DNA from: a virus
IMG/VR virus record: IMGVR_UViG_3300027712_001108
Location: 93,924 to 157,923 of that record
Reading direction: 5' to 3' (one strand)
Length of the DNA stretch: 64,000 nt
Part shown: in pieces, positions 56,240 to 64,000 of the stretch
Layout of the letters: every line of letters starts with the position of its first letter
How positions within the stretch are numbered: the stretch's first letter is position 1
Program-made: the position numbers and the translations under genes
The notes under the pieces: generated by a model
Told to the model about the DNA's origin: nothing
What the model saw: only the letters and a program-made list of their open reading frames with translations
Database searches by the model: none

Positions 56240-59005
56240 ATGAGTTATGTAGACGCTATTATTGATAAAGATAAGAATACAATATTCGTAGCAGAACGGT
56301 CACAGGATGGCCAACGTGTTTTAACAGAACATCCAACAAAATATGTAGTGTACTGGCCCAGCGACAGGGGCAAATGGTCAAGCATTCACGGCGTTAAACT
56401 GGACCGTTTTCAAACTAACAAGGGGAAAGAGTTCCAACGTGAACTGGGTGTTATTCCCAAACCCAAGCAACATGAAAGTGATATCAACCCAATCTTCCGT
56501 TGCTTATACGACAATTATAGAGATGCACCAAGTCCCAATCTGCACGTAGGGCTATTCGACATTGAAACTGACTTTGATCCGCTAAGAGGATTCTCAAGTA
56601 CAGAAGATGCATTCTCACCAATCACTGCTATTTCAGTGTGGATGAATTGGTTGGATCGTTGTTTTACTCTGGCAATTAAACCAAAAACAATGAGTAAAGA
56701 AGCTGCACAGACAGTATGTAGCGAATTTCCAGATACCATGCTGTGCGATACTGAAAAAGAACTGCTAGACATATTTCTTACACTGATTGAAGACTGTGAT
56801 ATCCTTAGCGGTTGGAACTCAGAGGGCTACGATATTCCCTATATCTACAACAGGATTGTGCAAGTGCTTGGCAAAAGCGAAACTGCAAGACTGTGTTTGT
56901 GGGGCAAGTATCCCAAGAAGCGTGAATACGAAAGCTATGGACGTCAAACTATCACCTACGATTTGGTAGGGCGTGTACACTTGGACTATCTACAATTGTA
57001 TCGCAAACACACTTATCATGAAATGCACACATATCGACTGGATGCAATTGGTGAATATGAAGTAGGCGAACGTAAAACACAATACGAAGGCACACTGGAT
57101 CAACTTTATAACAATGACTTTAAAAAGTTCATTGAATACAACAGACAGGACGTTTTGCTGTTGGCTAAGATTGATGCCAAGCTGAAGTTTATCGAACTGG
57201 CAAACAACTTGGCACATACCAACTGTGTGCTTCTGCAAACAACGATGGGCGCTGTGGCATTGATTGACCAATCTATTGTCAATGCTGCTAGAGACTTGGA
57301 GTTGATTGTACCTGCGAGGATTCGAGAAACCGAAGCCGAAAAAGAAGAACGCTGGGCAGAAGAAACTGAAATGGGCGGCTCTGTGGTGGGTGCATATGTT
57401 GCTGATCCCAAGCCAGGCATGCACGACTGGATAGGCGGTGTTGACATTAACAGTCTGTATCCCAGTGTTATTCGTGCGCTGAACATGAGTCCAGAAACCA
57501 TTGTTGGACATATCAGACCCATTACAACTGAAGCGTTTATCAAAAACAGTGTTGCAAATAAGAAGTCATTTGCAGATTCGTGGAATGGTATTTTTGGCAC
57601 GCTGGAATATCAAGACGTTATGGAATTGAAACCCACTATTATGACAGTGGATTTTGAAGACGGCACCAGTGCCACTGTTACTGCAAAAGAAATACATGAC
57701 TTGGTATGGAAAAGCGGTAGGACATTAACACTGAGTGCAAACGGCACTATCTTTGATTACAGCAAGCCTGGATTGATACCCGGCGTTCTTACACGCTGGT
57801 TTGCAGAACGTAAACAACTGCAAGCAGAATATCGTAAATGGGCAAAGACAGCAGATGATGCCACTGATCCAGATGCCAAAGCAGCAGCTAAGAAACAGGC
57901 AGAGTTTCATGATCAACGACAATTGATCAAGAAGATTTTGCTTAACAGCTTGTACGGCGCTATTGGTAACCCTGGTAGTCGTTGGTATGATCCCCGTGTT
58001 GCACAGAGTACTACACTGTGTGGGCGTTGTATCGTTAAGCATATGAGCGGCAAGATCAACGAAATCATTGCAGGCGAATACAATCATGTGGGCAAAGCCA
58101 TTGTTTATGGTGATACAGACAGTGCATACTTCACTGCATACACAACTATGAAGGACAATCCGGAATTCGCTGACTATGAGTGGACCAAAGAAAATGTGAT
58201 TGACCTGTATGACAAGATTGCAGATATGACCAATGCCAGCTTTCCTGACTTTATGGCAAAGGCATTTGGTTGCCCTGAAGCGAATGGCAAGATTATCAAA
58301 GCAGCACGTGAACTCTGTGCAATCAAAGGCTTGTTTATTACCAAGAAGCGTTACGCAGTGCTTATCTATGACAAAGAAGGCAAGCGTAAAGATCAAAACG
58401 GCAAGCCAGGCGAAATCAAAGCCATGGGACTGGATCTCAAACGCAGTGATACGCCAAAGACAGTACAGGACTTTTTGCAAAACGTACTGGTTGGTGTGCT
58501 AACAGGCGCAGATAAAAATGCTGCACTAAAGATGATTATGGACTTCCGCAAGGAGTTTAGAAGCTGGGATGGCTGGCTAAAAGGATCACCCAAGCGTGCC
58601 AACAACATTACCAACCACGCGAAGAACCAAGAACTGATGGAGAAGGTAAACTTCAACAAAACGTCTGCGGTTACAAAGAAGGTGATGATCCCAGGCCATG
58701 TGCTTGCAAGCTTGAACTGGAACAAACTGAAAAAGATCTACGGCGATCATTACAGTATGCCAATTCAAGACGGACAAAAGGTAATTGTGTGTAAGCTCAA
58801 ACCCAATCCCAGCGGCATGACATCAGTGGCATATCCCACAGATGAACTCAAACTACCGCAGTGGTTTAAAGACTTGCCGTTTGACCACGATGCTATGGAA
58901 GAAGCACTTATCGACAAGAAGATAGACAACTTGTTGGGTGTGCTGAAATGGAACGTAAATGAAAACAAAGCCAACAGCAGTTTTGAAGACTTGTTTAGTT
59001 TTTAA
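56240..59005 (+). CDS. gp43: family B DNA polymerase (gp43-like)
   Basis: Exo DIET and WNSEGYD; Pol DINSLYPS, KILLNSLYG, YGDTDS, KKRY. Confidence 0.96.
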   Translation: MSYVDAIIDKDKNTIFVAERSQDGQRVLTEHPTKYVVYWPSDRGKWSSIHGVKLDRFQTNKGKEFQRELGVIPKPKQHESDINPIFRCLYDNYRDAPSPNLHVGLFDIETDFDPLRGFSSTEDAFSPITAISVWMNWLDRCFTLAIKPKTMSKEAAQTVCSEFPDTMLCDTEKELLDIFLTLIEDCDILSGWNSEGYDIPYIYNRIVQVLGKSETARLCLWGKYPKKREYESYGRQTITYDLVGRVHLDYLQLYRKHTYHEMHTYRLDAIGEYEVGERKTQYEGTLDQLYNNDFKKFIEYNRQDVLLLAKIDAKLKFIELANNLAHTNCVLLQTTMGAVALIDQSIVNAARDLELIVPARIRETEAEKEERWAEETEMGGSVVGAYVADPKPGMHDWIGGVDINSLYPSVIRALNMSPETIVGHIRPITTEAFIKNSVANKKSFADSWNGIFGTLEYQDVMELKPTIMTVDFEDGTSATVTAKEIHDLVWKSGRTLTLSANGTIFDYSKPGLIPGVLTRWFAERKQLQAEYRKWAKTADDATDPDAKAAAKKQAEFHDQRQLIKKILLNSLYGAIGNPGSRWYDPRVAQSTTLCGRCIVKHMSGKINEIIAGEYNHVGKAIVYGDTDSAYFTAYTTMKDNPEFADYEWTKENVIDLYDKIADMTNASFPDFMAKAFGCPEANGKIIKAARELCAIKGLFITKKRYAVLIYDKEGKRKDQNGKPGEIKAMGLDLKRSDTPKTVQDFLQNVLVGVLTGADKNAALKMIMDFRKEFRSWDGWLKGSPKRANNITNHAKNQELMEKVNFNKTSAVTKKVMIPGHVLASLNWNKLKKIYGDHYSMPIQDGQKVIVCKLKPNPSGMTSVAYPTDELKLPQWFKDLPFDHDAMEEALIDKKIDNLLGVLKWNVNENKANSSFEDLFSF

Positions 59006-59056
59006 TCCACGTTGACAGAACACACATGACAGACAATAATATATCAAGAGGATAGC

Positions 59057-59281
59057 ATGACAGACGAATCTACAGATAGCAGTGGCAGTATGGTACACAA
59101 TCCACAGGATCTAAAAACATTATTTGAAGCTATGCAGCTAGCACCTAGCTGGATGAGCAAACGATTTATTATGAAAGAACTATGCGGTTGGAACGATACT
59201 GCGATAGAGCTCAATGTTAAATTGATGACAGAAGAAAACGCACAAGTTACAAAAGGTAATAGGATAGGAGGCTACAAATGA
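59057..59281 (+). CDS. small hypothetical protein resembling a portal C-terminal segment
   Basis: WMSKRFIMKELCGW....IELN.KL..EEN; resemblance recalled from memory, not searched. Confidence 0.5.
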   Translation: MTDESTDSSGSMVHNPQDLKTLFEAMQLAPSWMSKRFIMKELCGWNDTAIELNVKLMTEENAQVTKGNRIGGYK

Positions 59282-60015
59282 AGGACTACATTCAGGATCT
59301 TACTAGGCACGTTGTTTCTACAGGATTCTTTGACAAGATTAAAATCACTGCTGATAAAAAAGGCGTGACGATTGAAGCACTTGAAAAAGAAAAAGAAGTA
59401 GTGCTAAAAGGTACATTTGCACAGCCTATTGCTGATATGGATGGTGAATTTGGACTTAGCAATCTCAGCTTGCTAGGGCACGTTGCCAACGACAGCGAAT
59501 TCAACAGCAAAGACAGCAAGCTTGAAATGGTTTATGAAACCAAGAACGGTGAAAAGACTGCGGTTGAATTGACCTATATCAACAAAAGCAAAAGCTATAT
59601 CAACTATCGCTTTATGAGCAAGCAGTTGATTCCTGATCAACCCAAGTTCATGGAACCGCAGTGGGACGTAAAGATCAAGCCCAGCAAAGCCAATATTCAA
59701 CAGTTTGCATGGGCCAGCAGCGGTCTTGGTGCATATGAGCAATACTTTATTCCCAAGATCCAAGATGGCGAACTACGCTTCTACATTGGTGAAGAAGGCA
59801 CTGCCAATCAGCGCGGCGGCGTCGTGTTCGCAACAGACCTGACTGAAAAGTTTGAAGCACAGCACAAATGGAAGATCCAACAACTGATGTCAGTTCTCAA
59901 ACTCAGCGAAGCCGCTGATTGTGAAATGGCATTCAGCAGCAAGGGTGTTATTCAAATAACTCTCAACACTGGGCTTGGTTCGTATCGCTACATCTTCCCG
60001 GCCAAGGTGCGCTGA
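59278..60015 (+). CDS. gp45: DNA polymerase sliding clamp (gp45-like)
   Basis: 245 aa next to PolB; GEFGLSNL..L, NYRFM, C-terminal Y.YI.PA. Confidence 0.7.
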   Translation: MKDYIQDLTRHVVSTGFFDKIKITADKKGVTIEALEKEKEVVLKGTFAQPIADMDGEFGLSNLSLLGHVANDSEFNSKDSKLEMVYETKNGEKTAVELTYINKSKSYINYRFMSKQLIPDQPKFMEPQWDVKIKPSKANIQQFAWASSGLGAYEQYFIPKIQDGELRFYIGEEGTANQRGGVVFATDLTEKFEAQHKWKIQQLMSVLKLSEAADCEMAFSSKGVIQITLNTGLGSYRYIFPAKVR

Positions 60016-60398
60016 TGCAGCATCCACATCATGCTGTAACTGAGTTTCATGAGGCGTTTGGCCTCATGATCAACTCCACGCCAACACTGCCTGACACTGC
60101 CACACGAGATCTACGTAAAAAGCTGCTGGCAGAAGAATACACTGAATACACCACTGCTGAAGCAGAAGATGACATTGTGGAGATTGCAGACGCACTGGCT
60201 GACCTTATCTACATTGCATGTGGCACAGCAGTGGCCTATGGTATTCCCTTGGATCGTGTATTTGCAGAAGTACACCGCAGCAATATGGCCAAATTGGTAG
60301 ACGGTAAAGTCATCCGCCGTGAAGATGGCAAAGTGCTCAAACCTGCCGGATGGACACCCCCTGATGTTGCAGGTATTCTTGGATTGCAAACAAATTGA
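60015..60398 (+). CDS. MazG-like / PRA-PH nucleotide pyrophosphohydrolase
   Basis: EEYTE...EIADALADLIY...EVHRSNMAK...REDGKVLKP. Confidence 0.88.
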   Translation: MQHPHHAVTEFHEAFGLMINSTPTLPDTATRDLRKKLLAEEYTEYTTAEAEDDIVEIADALADLIYIACGTAVAYGIPLDRVFAEVHRSNMAKLVDGKVIRREDGKVLKPAGWTPPDVAGILGLQTN

Positions 60399-60443
60399 TT
60401 TAGCAGCATAAATATCTCACATTACTCAACGTGAGATATTAAC

Positions 60444-61415
60444 ATGCTGCGAATCAAATTCTTTGAAGCCAAAGACGATGAACCTGAAAAGAAGAAGCAG
60501 GACAACAAGTCTGCTTCTTCTAAACCAGTCAAAGACAAGGAAGCTGATCCGTTTGATTCTTCCATGTTTAAACCACAAAAATCGCAGCCTGTTGCCAAAG
60601 TAGACAAGTCTGCTGATACTAAATCAAACACTCCCACTGCTGACAAATCCCAAGCAGACACTCCTGAAATCAAAAAAGCATCTGCTGCTGACACTGCAAA
60701 AGCTATGCGAGGTGTTAATGCCACTGATGACATGCGCGATATGATGAGCAGGATAAATGTGCCCGACGATATGGTGGCAAATGAACCAGAGCTCGATACA
60801 GATAATGCACCAAATGACGAAGCTCGTCCTGAACCTATTAATCCCGACAATGTTCCTGCACTGATTAGTAGAGAAATTGCAGCAGCGATGCCGGATACTG
60901 TAGATCCGCAATTCCATCAAGTTAAGAACTTGCCCGGTTATATGAGCCGTGCTATTCGTGCAATGGGCCGTGAAACATTCAAAAACTACACAGATACACC
61001 AATTGAAGATATTAGTGTAGTTGCTAATCTTGGCGGACAGGGTCCAAACAGCGAAAGAGAAATCAATGCTGTATCTTCATGGTTAAAACAAAATGGTACA
61101 AAGCTAGATGCGTCTGAGTTAGGTTTTGGTGACATGATACCTGGGTACAGTGCGCAGACAATGCTGTACTCAACTGCCGGTATGCGATTCTTAGTAGTTA
61201 AAGACTTTGCAGGCGGCTATATCTATGTATGGCCAGAGGGATCAAGCGGCAATGCATTGGGATCAGACAAAGGCAGTGCAAAAGCTTTGGCCGCACCTAA
61301 AGCTGAGCCGCGCAGTGCCAGATCACTTGCAGCGCCTCGCAGTGCAGAACCAGAAGAATATTCCGGCAATGTAGACGACGATTTGGCTGCATTGATGAAA
61401 AAATACGGAGTGTGA
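60444..61415 (+). CDS. late protein with MLRIKFFE leader (putative head-packaged)
   Basis: ATAAATA 60408; low-complexity N-half. Confidence 0.7.
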   Translation: MLRIKFFEAKDDEPEKKKQDNKSASSKPVKDKEADPFDSSMFKPQKSQPVAKVDKSADTKSNTPTADKSQADTPEIKKASAADTAKAMRGVNATDDMRDMMSRINVPDDMVANEPELDTDNAPNDEARPEPINPDNVPALISREIAAAMPDTVDPQFHQVKNLPGYMSRAIRAMGRETFKNYTDTPIEDISVVANLGGQGPNSEREINAVSSWLKQNGTKLDASELGFGDMIPGYSAQTMLYSTAGMRFLVVKDFAGGYIYVWPEGSSGNALGSDKGSAKALAAPKAEPRSARSLAAPRSAEPEEYSGNVDDDLAALMKKYGV

Positions 61416-61416
61416 T

Positions 61417-61446
61417 AAAAAAAGCCAGCTTGCGCTGGCTTTTTTA
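61417..61446. terminator. bidirectional terminator
   Basis: AAAAAAAGCCAGC-TTGC-GCTGGCTTTTTT. Confidence 0.85.
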
Positions 61447-62043
61447 TTATTTCTCACTGTCGACAATCATATGGTAGATTGTTTCCCAGTCCTTAACCAA
61501 ATATCCACCTGTAGTGTCTTTGTGCATATTGTGACCGTGTTCAACTAAGATTGATTTCATTCCCAGCGACTGGCCCAATTTAAAGTTTTCATACTTGTCT
61601 TCAATCCACCACAATCCGGAATCCTTGTATGGCAGCAGTGCATCGTCTTTGTCTGCACCAGTACCAAGAAATTTGAATTTGCGGAATGCAGTCTCACCAA
61701 ACAGTTTGCGCAGGTTCTTTTTACGCAGCTTTTGAGCATAGGTATTGGTGCTCAAGCTGGTTACAACATCAAACACATAGCCGTGCTTTTCATGCAACAG
61801 TTTAACATAGTACGTTGCATCACGTAGCGCAGGCAAGAAACCAATTGCTGCGCTTTCATTAAACAGCTTGATCAGTTTGCGACTGTCTTCTTTGGTGATG
61901 CCATATCGCAATCCCATGTCATAAGCCAAGGCATGATCTGGTACAACACGATGCCCGTGTTCCTCCATCCATATCTCAAATGCCCATTCCCAGTTGAGTA
62001 GAACACCATCGGCGTCCGTGACAATAACCTTTTGTTCTGACAT
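61447..62043 (-). CDS. HAD-superfamily 5'(3')-nucleotidase-like protein
   Basis: TDADGVLLNW, VTS, K, WIEDK. Confidence 0.8.
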   Translation of the reverse strand: MSEQKVIVTDADGVLLNWEWAFEIWMEEHGHRVVPDHALAYDMGLRYGITKEDSRKLIKLFNESAAIGFLPALRDATYYVKLLHEKHGYVFDVVTSLSTNTYAQKLRKKNLRKLFGETAFRKFKFLGTGADKDDALLPYKDSGLWWIEDKYENFKLGQSLGMKSILVEHGHNMHKDTTGGYLVKDWETIYHMIVDSEK

Positions 62044-62046
62044 TGT

Positions 62047-62754
62047 TTATCCTTTGATAACGTTGATAATTTTTGTGTAATTCAAGCGGTTTTCATTCAA
62101 TCCATGGTGTTTAAACGACGGACCGAACGCTTTAACTTTACCCGTAAGCTCAATCTTGTCATTAAAGGCATGCTGTGTTTTGTTGAAGAAACTTATCAAG
62201 TAACCGTCGTCGGTGACACCCACATGATTGTGGACACCAAACTCCTGCGAGTAACGGCAATTGGTTACAGTAATGGTTACTTTGACACTATGACCTTGCG
62301 GTGCCAGCTGCTCATTGTTGACATTCAGCAGCATTTCTTCAACTTTTTGAGCTTGCACCATCTGCAATGCAATGGTATGCATATAGCAAAGCCGCTTGAT
62401 ATTTTTGGGGTGGATTTCTTCGCTATTGAGGTCGTTATAAACCCCTTTGGTAAAGTCATCCAACTGGTCCTGCATGAACTTGAACAGTGCAGTCTGCAAA
62501 ATCAAATTGCGATTGGCTTCTGCTTGCTGACGAATTTCTGGTGTAATATCCAACACAATAGCAGCATTTGTACCATTGGGGATATTTTCAACAACAGTAT
62601 TGTACAGCGACGGTACAAACTTAGCATCGTCTCCCTCACCTACCCGAATGCCGTCATTGACAATCTCACGTTGGCTGCGATTACAAAATCCATGTGCTTG
62701 ATATACACTCCACGCAGCAGTGATAACTTCGGTGGCTGTCACAGTGTTGATCAT
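62047..62754 (-). CDS. hypothetical protein, C-terminal OB-fold-like
   Basis: TTGACA...TGCTATTGT promoter at 62819-62792 (minus strand). Confidence 0.65.
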   Translation of the reverse strand: MINTVTATEVITAAWSVYQAHGFCNRSQREIVNDGIRVGEGDDAKFVPSLYNTVVENIPNGTNAAIVLDITPEIRQQAEANRNLILQTALFKFMQDQLDDFTKGVYNDLNSEEIHPKNIKRLCYMHTIALQMVQAQKVEEMLLNVNNEQLAPQGHSVKVTITVTNCRYSQEFGVHNHVGVTDDGYLISFFNKTQHAFNDKIELTGKVKAFGPSFKHHGLNENRLNYTKIINVIKG

Positions 62755-62815
62755 TGCAGTCTATCCCATGTATGTTGCTGTCTACCCGCATACAATAGCA
62801 TAGACTGCAACTGTG

Positions 62816-63139
62816 TCAACACACAATACCGATATTGCCTAACATTTGTTGAGCAATATCTAGTTCGTTCACATCTTCTACTATTTCAAATCCGTCGTCG
62901 TAATCTGCAAACATTGCTTCGAATGCAGCATCGAATGCAACTTCGTTAAAGTCTCCATCCTTGTAAAATTCAGGAAACCTTGCGATTTCATAGGCATCCA
63001 TTAGACTTACTGCCGTGATTACAAGGGTAGGCTGATCCATTTCATCAAACCACGCACTTTTCTTACCTCCAAGATCCCAACTGTATGTTGCAGTAAGTGC
63101 TTTAATAGAGTACGGCGAGGTGATTGATATTGGGTACAT
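62816..63139 (-). CDS. acidic hypothetical protein
   Basis: AAGGA SD on the minus strand. Confidence 0.6.
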   Translation of the reverse strand: MYPISITSPYSIKALTATYSWDLGGKKSAWFDEMDQPTLVITAVSLMDAYEIARFPEFYKDGDFNEVAFDAAFEAMFADYDDGFEIVEDVNELDIAQQMLGNIGIVC

Positions 63140-63180
63140 TTGGCAGGTCCTTTTTTTATGTTTTTATAGTTATCGGTAAC

Positions 63181-63372
63181 TTAGCGTACTTCGCCAAGGA
63201 AGCCAATTTCAGCACCGTACTGACGATACTGGCTTTCCAACTGATTACGTGCTTCGGCCGAGTTACGTGCCTCAACAATACGCTCATGGTAATCAGACGT
63301 GTTGTATTTTATACCCTGCGGATTGGGAGCAAGGTACGGTTGCACTTTAAAACGATACTTGGTGAATTGCAT
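63181..63372 (-). CDS. small hypothetical protein
   Basis: AAGGAG SD. Confidence 0.65.
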   Translation of the reverse strand: MQFTKYRFKVQPYLAPNPQGIKYNTSDYHERIVEARNSAEARNQLESQYRQYGAEIGFLGEVR

Positions 63373-63383
63373 AATGATTCTCC

Positions 63384-63830
63384 TTATGCGTTGTTGATCA
63401 TTGACAGTTCGATGAAGAACCTGTGGTATTTTTCCATACGGTCTAGGTCTTTTTGATTAACACCCTTGAGGCGTCGCACATCTGTGTTGTGACGAAGGTC
63501 GCACAGTTTAACTTTGATAGCATCTGGATTACAGATAACTCGCACCTTGTAATCATCATAGCTTTCGCCGGGCATCTTGGTCAGCGCACGAATGCCTTCG
63601 ATGACGCGATCCGTAAAACCCATTTCTTTGAGTTCAGCAAACGTGGTAGGTGTATCTTCAATCAGGTCATGTGCGAGAGCAATACACTGAAGTTCTTCGT
63701 CGTCGCTTTTGAGGTAGTGCATGACTTTCAATGTATGCAAGATATAAGGATTGCCACCTTTGTCAGTTTGGCCGGCATGACGATTGGTGGTCAGTACCAG
63801 CATCTTCCCAAGTAGTTCACCTTTACGCAT
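63384..63830 (-). CDS. HD-domain (SpoT/Mesh1-like) hydrolase
   Basis: HAGQTDKGGNPYILH, ALAHDLIEDT, VKLCDLRHN. Confidence 0.85.
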   Translation of the reverse strand: MRKGELLGKMLVLTTNRHAGQTDKGGNPYILHTLKVMHYLKSDDEELQCIALAHDLIEDTPTTFAELKEMGFTDRVIEGIRALTKMPGESYDDYKVRVICNPDAIKVKLCDLRHNTDVRRLKGVNQKDLDRMEKYHRFFIELSMINNA

Positions 63831-63885
63831 CTTGTTCTCCTTTGTCTATACTATGACAATAGCATCGGCTACAGCAGTGTCAACC

Positions 63886-63922
63886 AAAAAGATAGGCAGC
63901 GATTACACTGCCTATCTTATTT
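63886..63922 (-). terminator. intrinsic terminator
   Basis: AAGATAGGCAG...CTGCCTATCTT with T-run on the minus strand. Confidence 0.7.
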
Positions 63923-63932
63923 TAGTGTCCCG

Positions 63933-64000
63933 TTACTTGATGCTGATAAAGGGTGTGGCTTGTCCGGGTACCATTGTGGTAGGCAGCTTGCCGTCCCACT
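63933..64000 (-). CDS. C-terminus of probable SPFH/band-7 protein (truncated by window)
   Basis: ...WDGKLPTTMVPGQATPFISIK*. Confidence 0.5.
   Translation of the reverse strand, partial: WDGKLPTTMVPGQATPFISIK

Larger units (their letters stand above)
3250..60414. promoter_or_regulatory. dispersed T4-type late promoters (N)TAAATA
   Basis: At 3250, 4236, 8934, 13190, 22930, 27508(-), 28602, 35103, 37443, 44399, 45688, 54128 and 60408, each shortly upstream of a gene start. Confidence 0.7.
9429..63883. promoter_or_regulatory. dispersed early promoters TTGACA-N14-15-tG(C/T)TAT
   Basis: At 9429, 14861, 15927, 16412, 21793, 27523, 62819(-) and 63883(-). Confidence 0.7.

Noticed and set aside
1-64000. 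Alternative genetic code, as in some jumbo phages
   Set aside because: Known genes (metK, nadV, polB) are intact under code 11 and no suppressor tRNA is present.

Overview
A 64 kb segment of a large, T4-like (probably jumbo) dsDNA myophage genome. The host is inferred to be an alphaproteobacterium, from the DUF1127 gene and TTGACA-N14-15-tG(C/T)TAT promoters. The left half (1-28.5 kb) is an early/accessory region: four tRNAs, homing endonucleases, a radical SAM enzyme, YhhQ, a PaaK-like ligase, Pth2, RNA end-healing enzymes, AAA ATPases, MetK, UvsE and a NadM-Nudix/NadV NAD salvage operon. It also holds at least two long structured non-coding stretches. The right end carries gp43-like DNA polymerase, a sliding clamp and nucleotide-sanitising enzymes. 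The most striking feature is a ~26 kb late-transcribed block (28.6-54.7 kb) that reads like a virion-packaged 'cargo polyprotein' system. Many of its ORFs start with a T4 capsid-targeting-like leader (M-K/R-hydrophobic-x-D/E-hydrophobic...E). Their domains (GNAT, ParB-like, HIGH nucleotidyltransferase, zincin, HsdS-TRD-like, small basic domains) are separated by [ILVF]-x-E prohead-protease-type sites. About 29 copies of a helical 'WPEL' module in 10 ORFs mostly sit at the C-terminus of predicted cleavage products. Other notable observations: a shared GAUAGAC-loop two-hairpin leader in front of both NAD genes, and two homing endonucleases that duplicated the terminus of their target gene. All assignments come from reading motifs by eye; no searches or folding programs were run.
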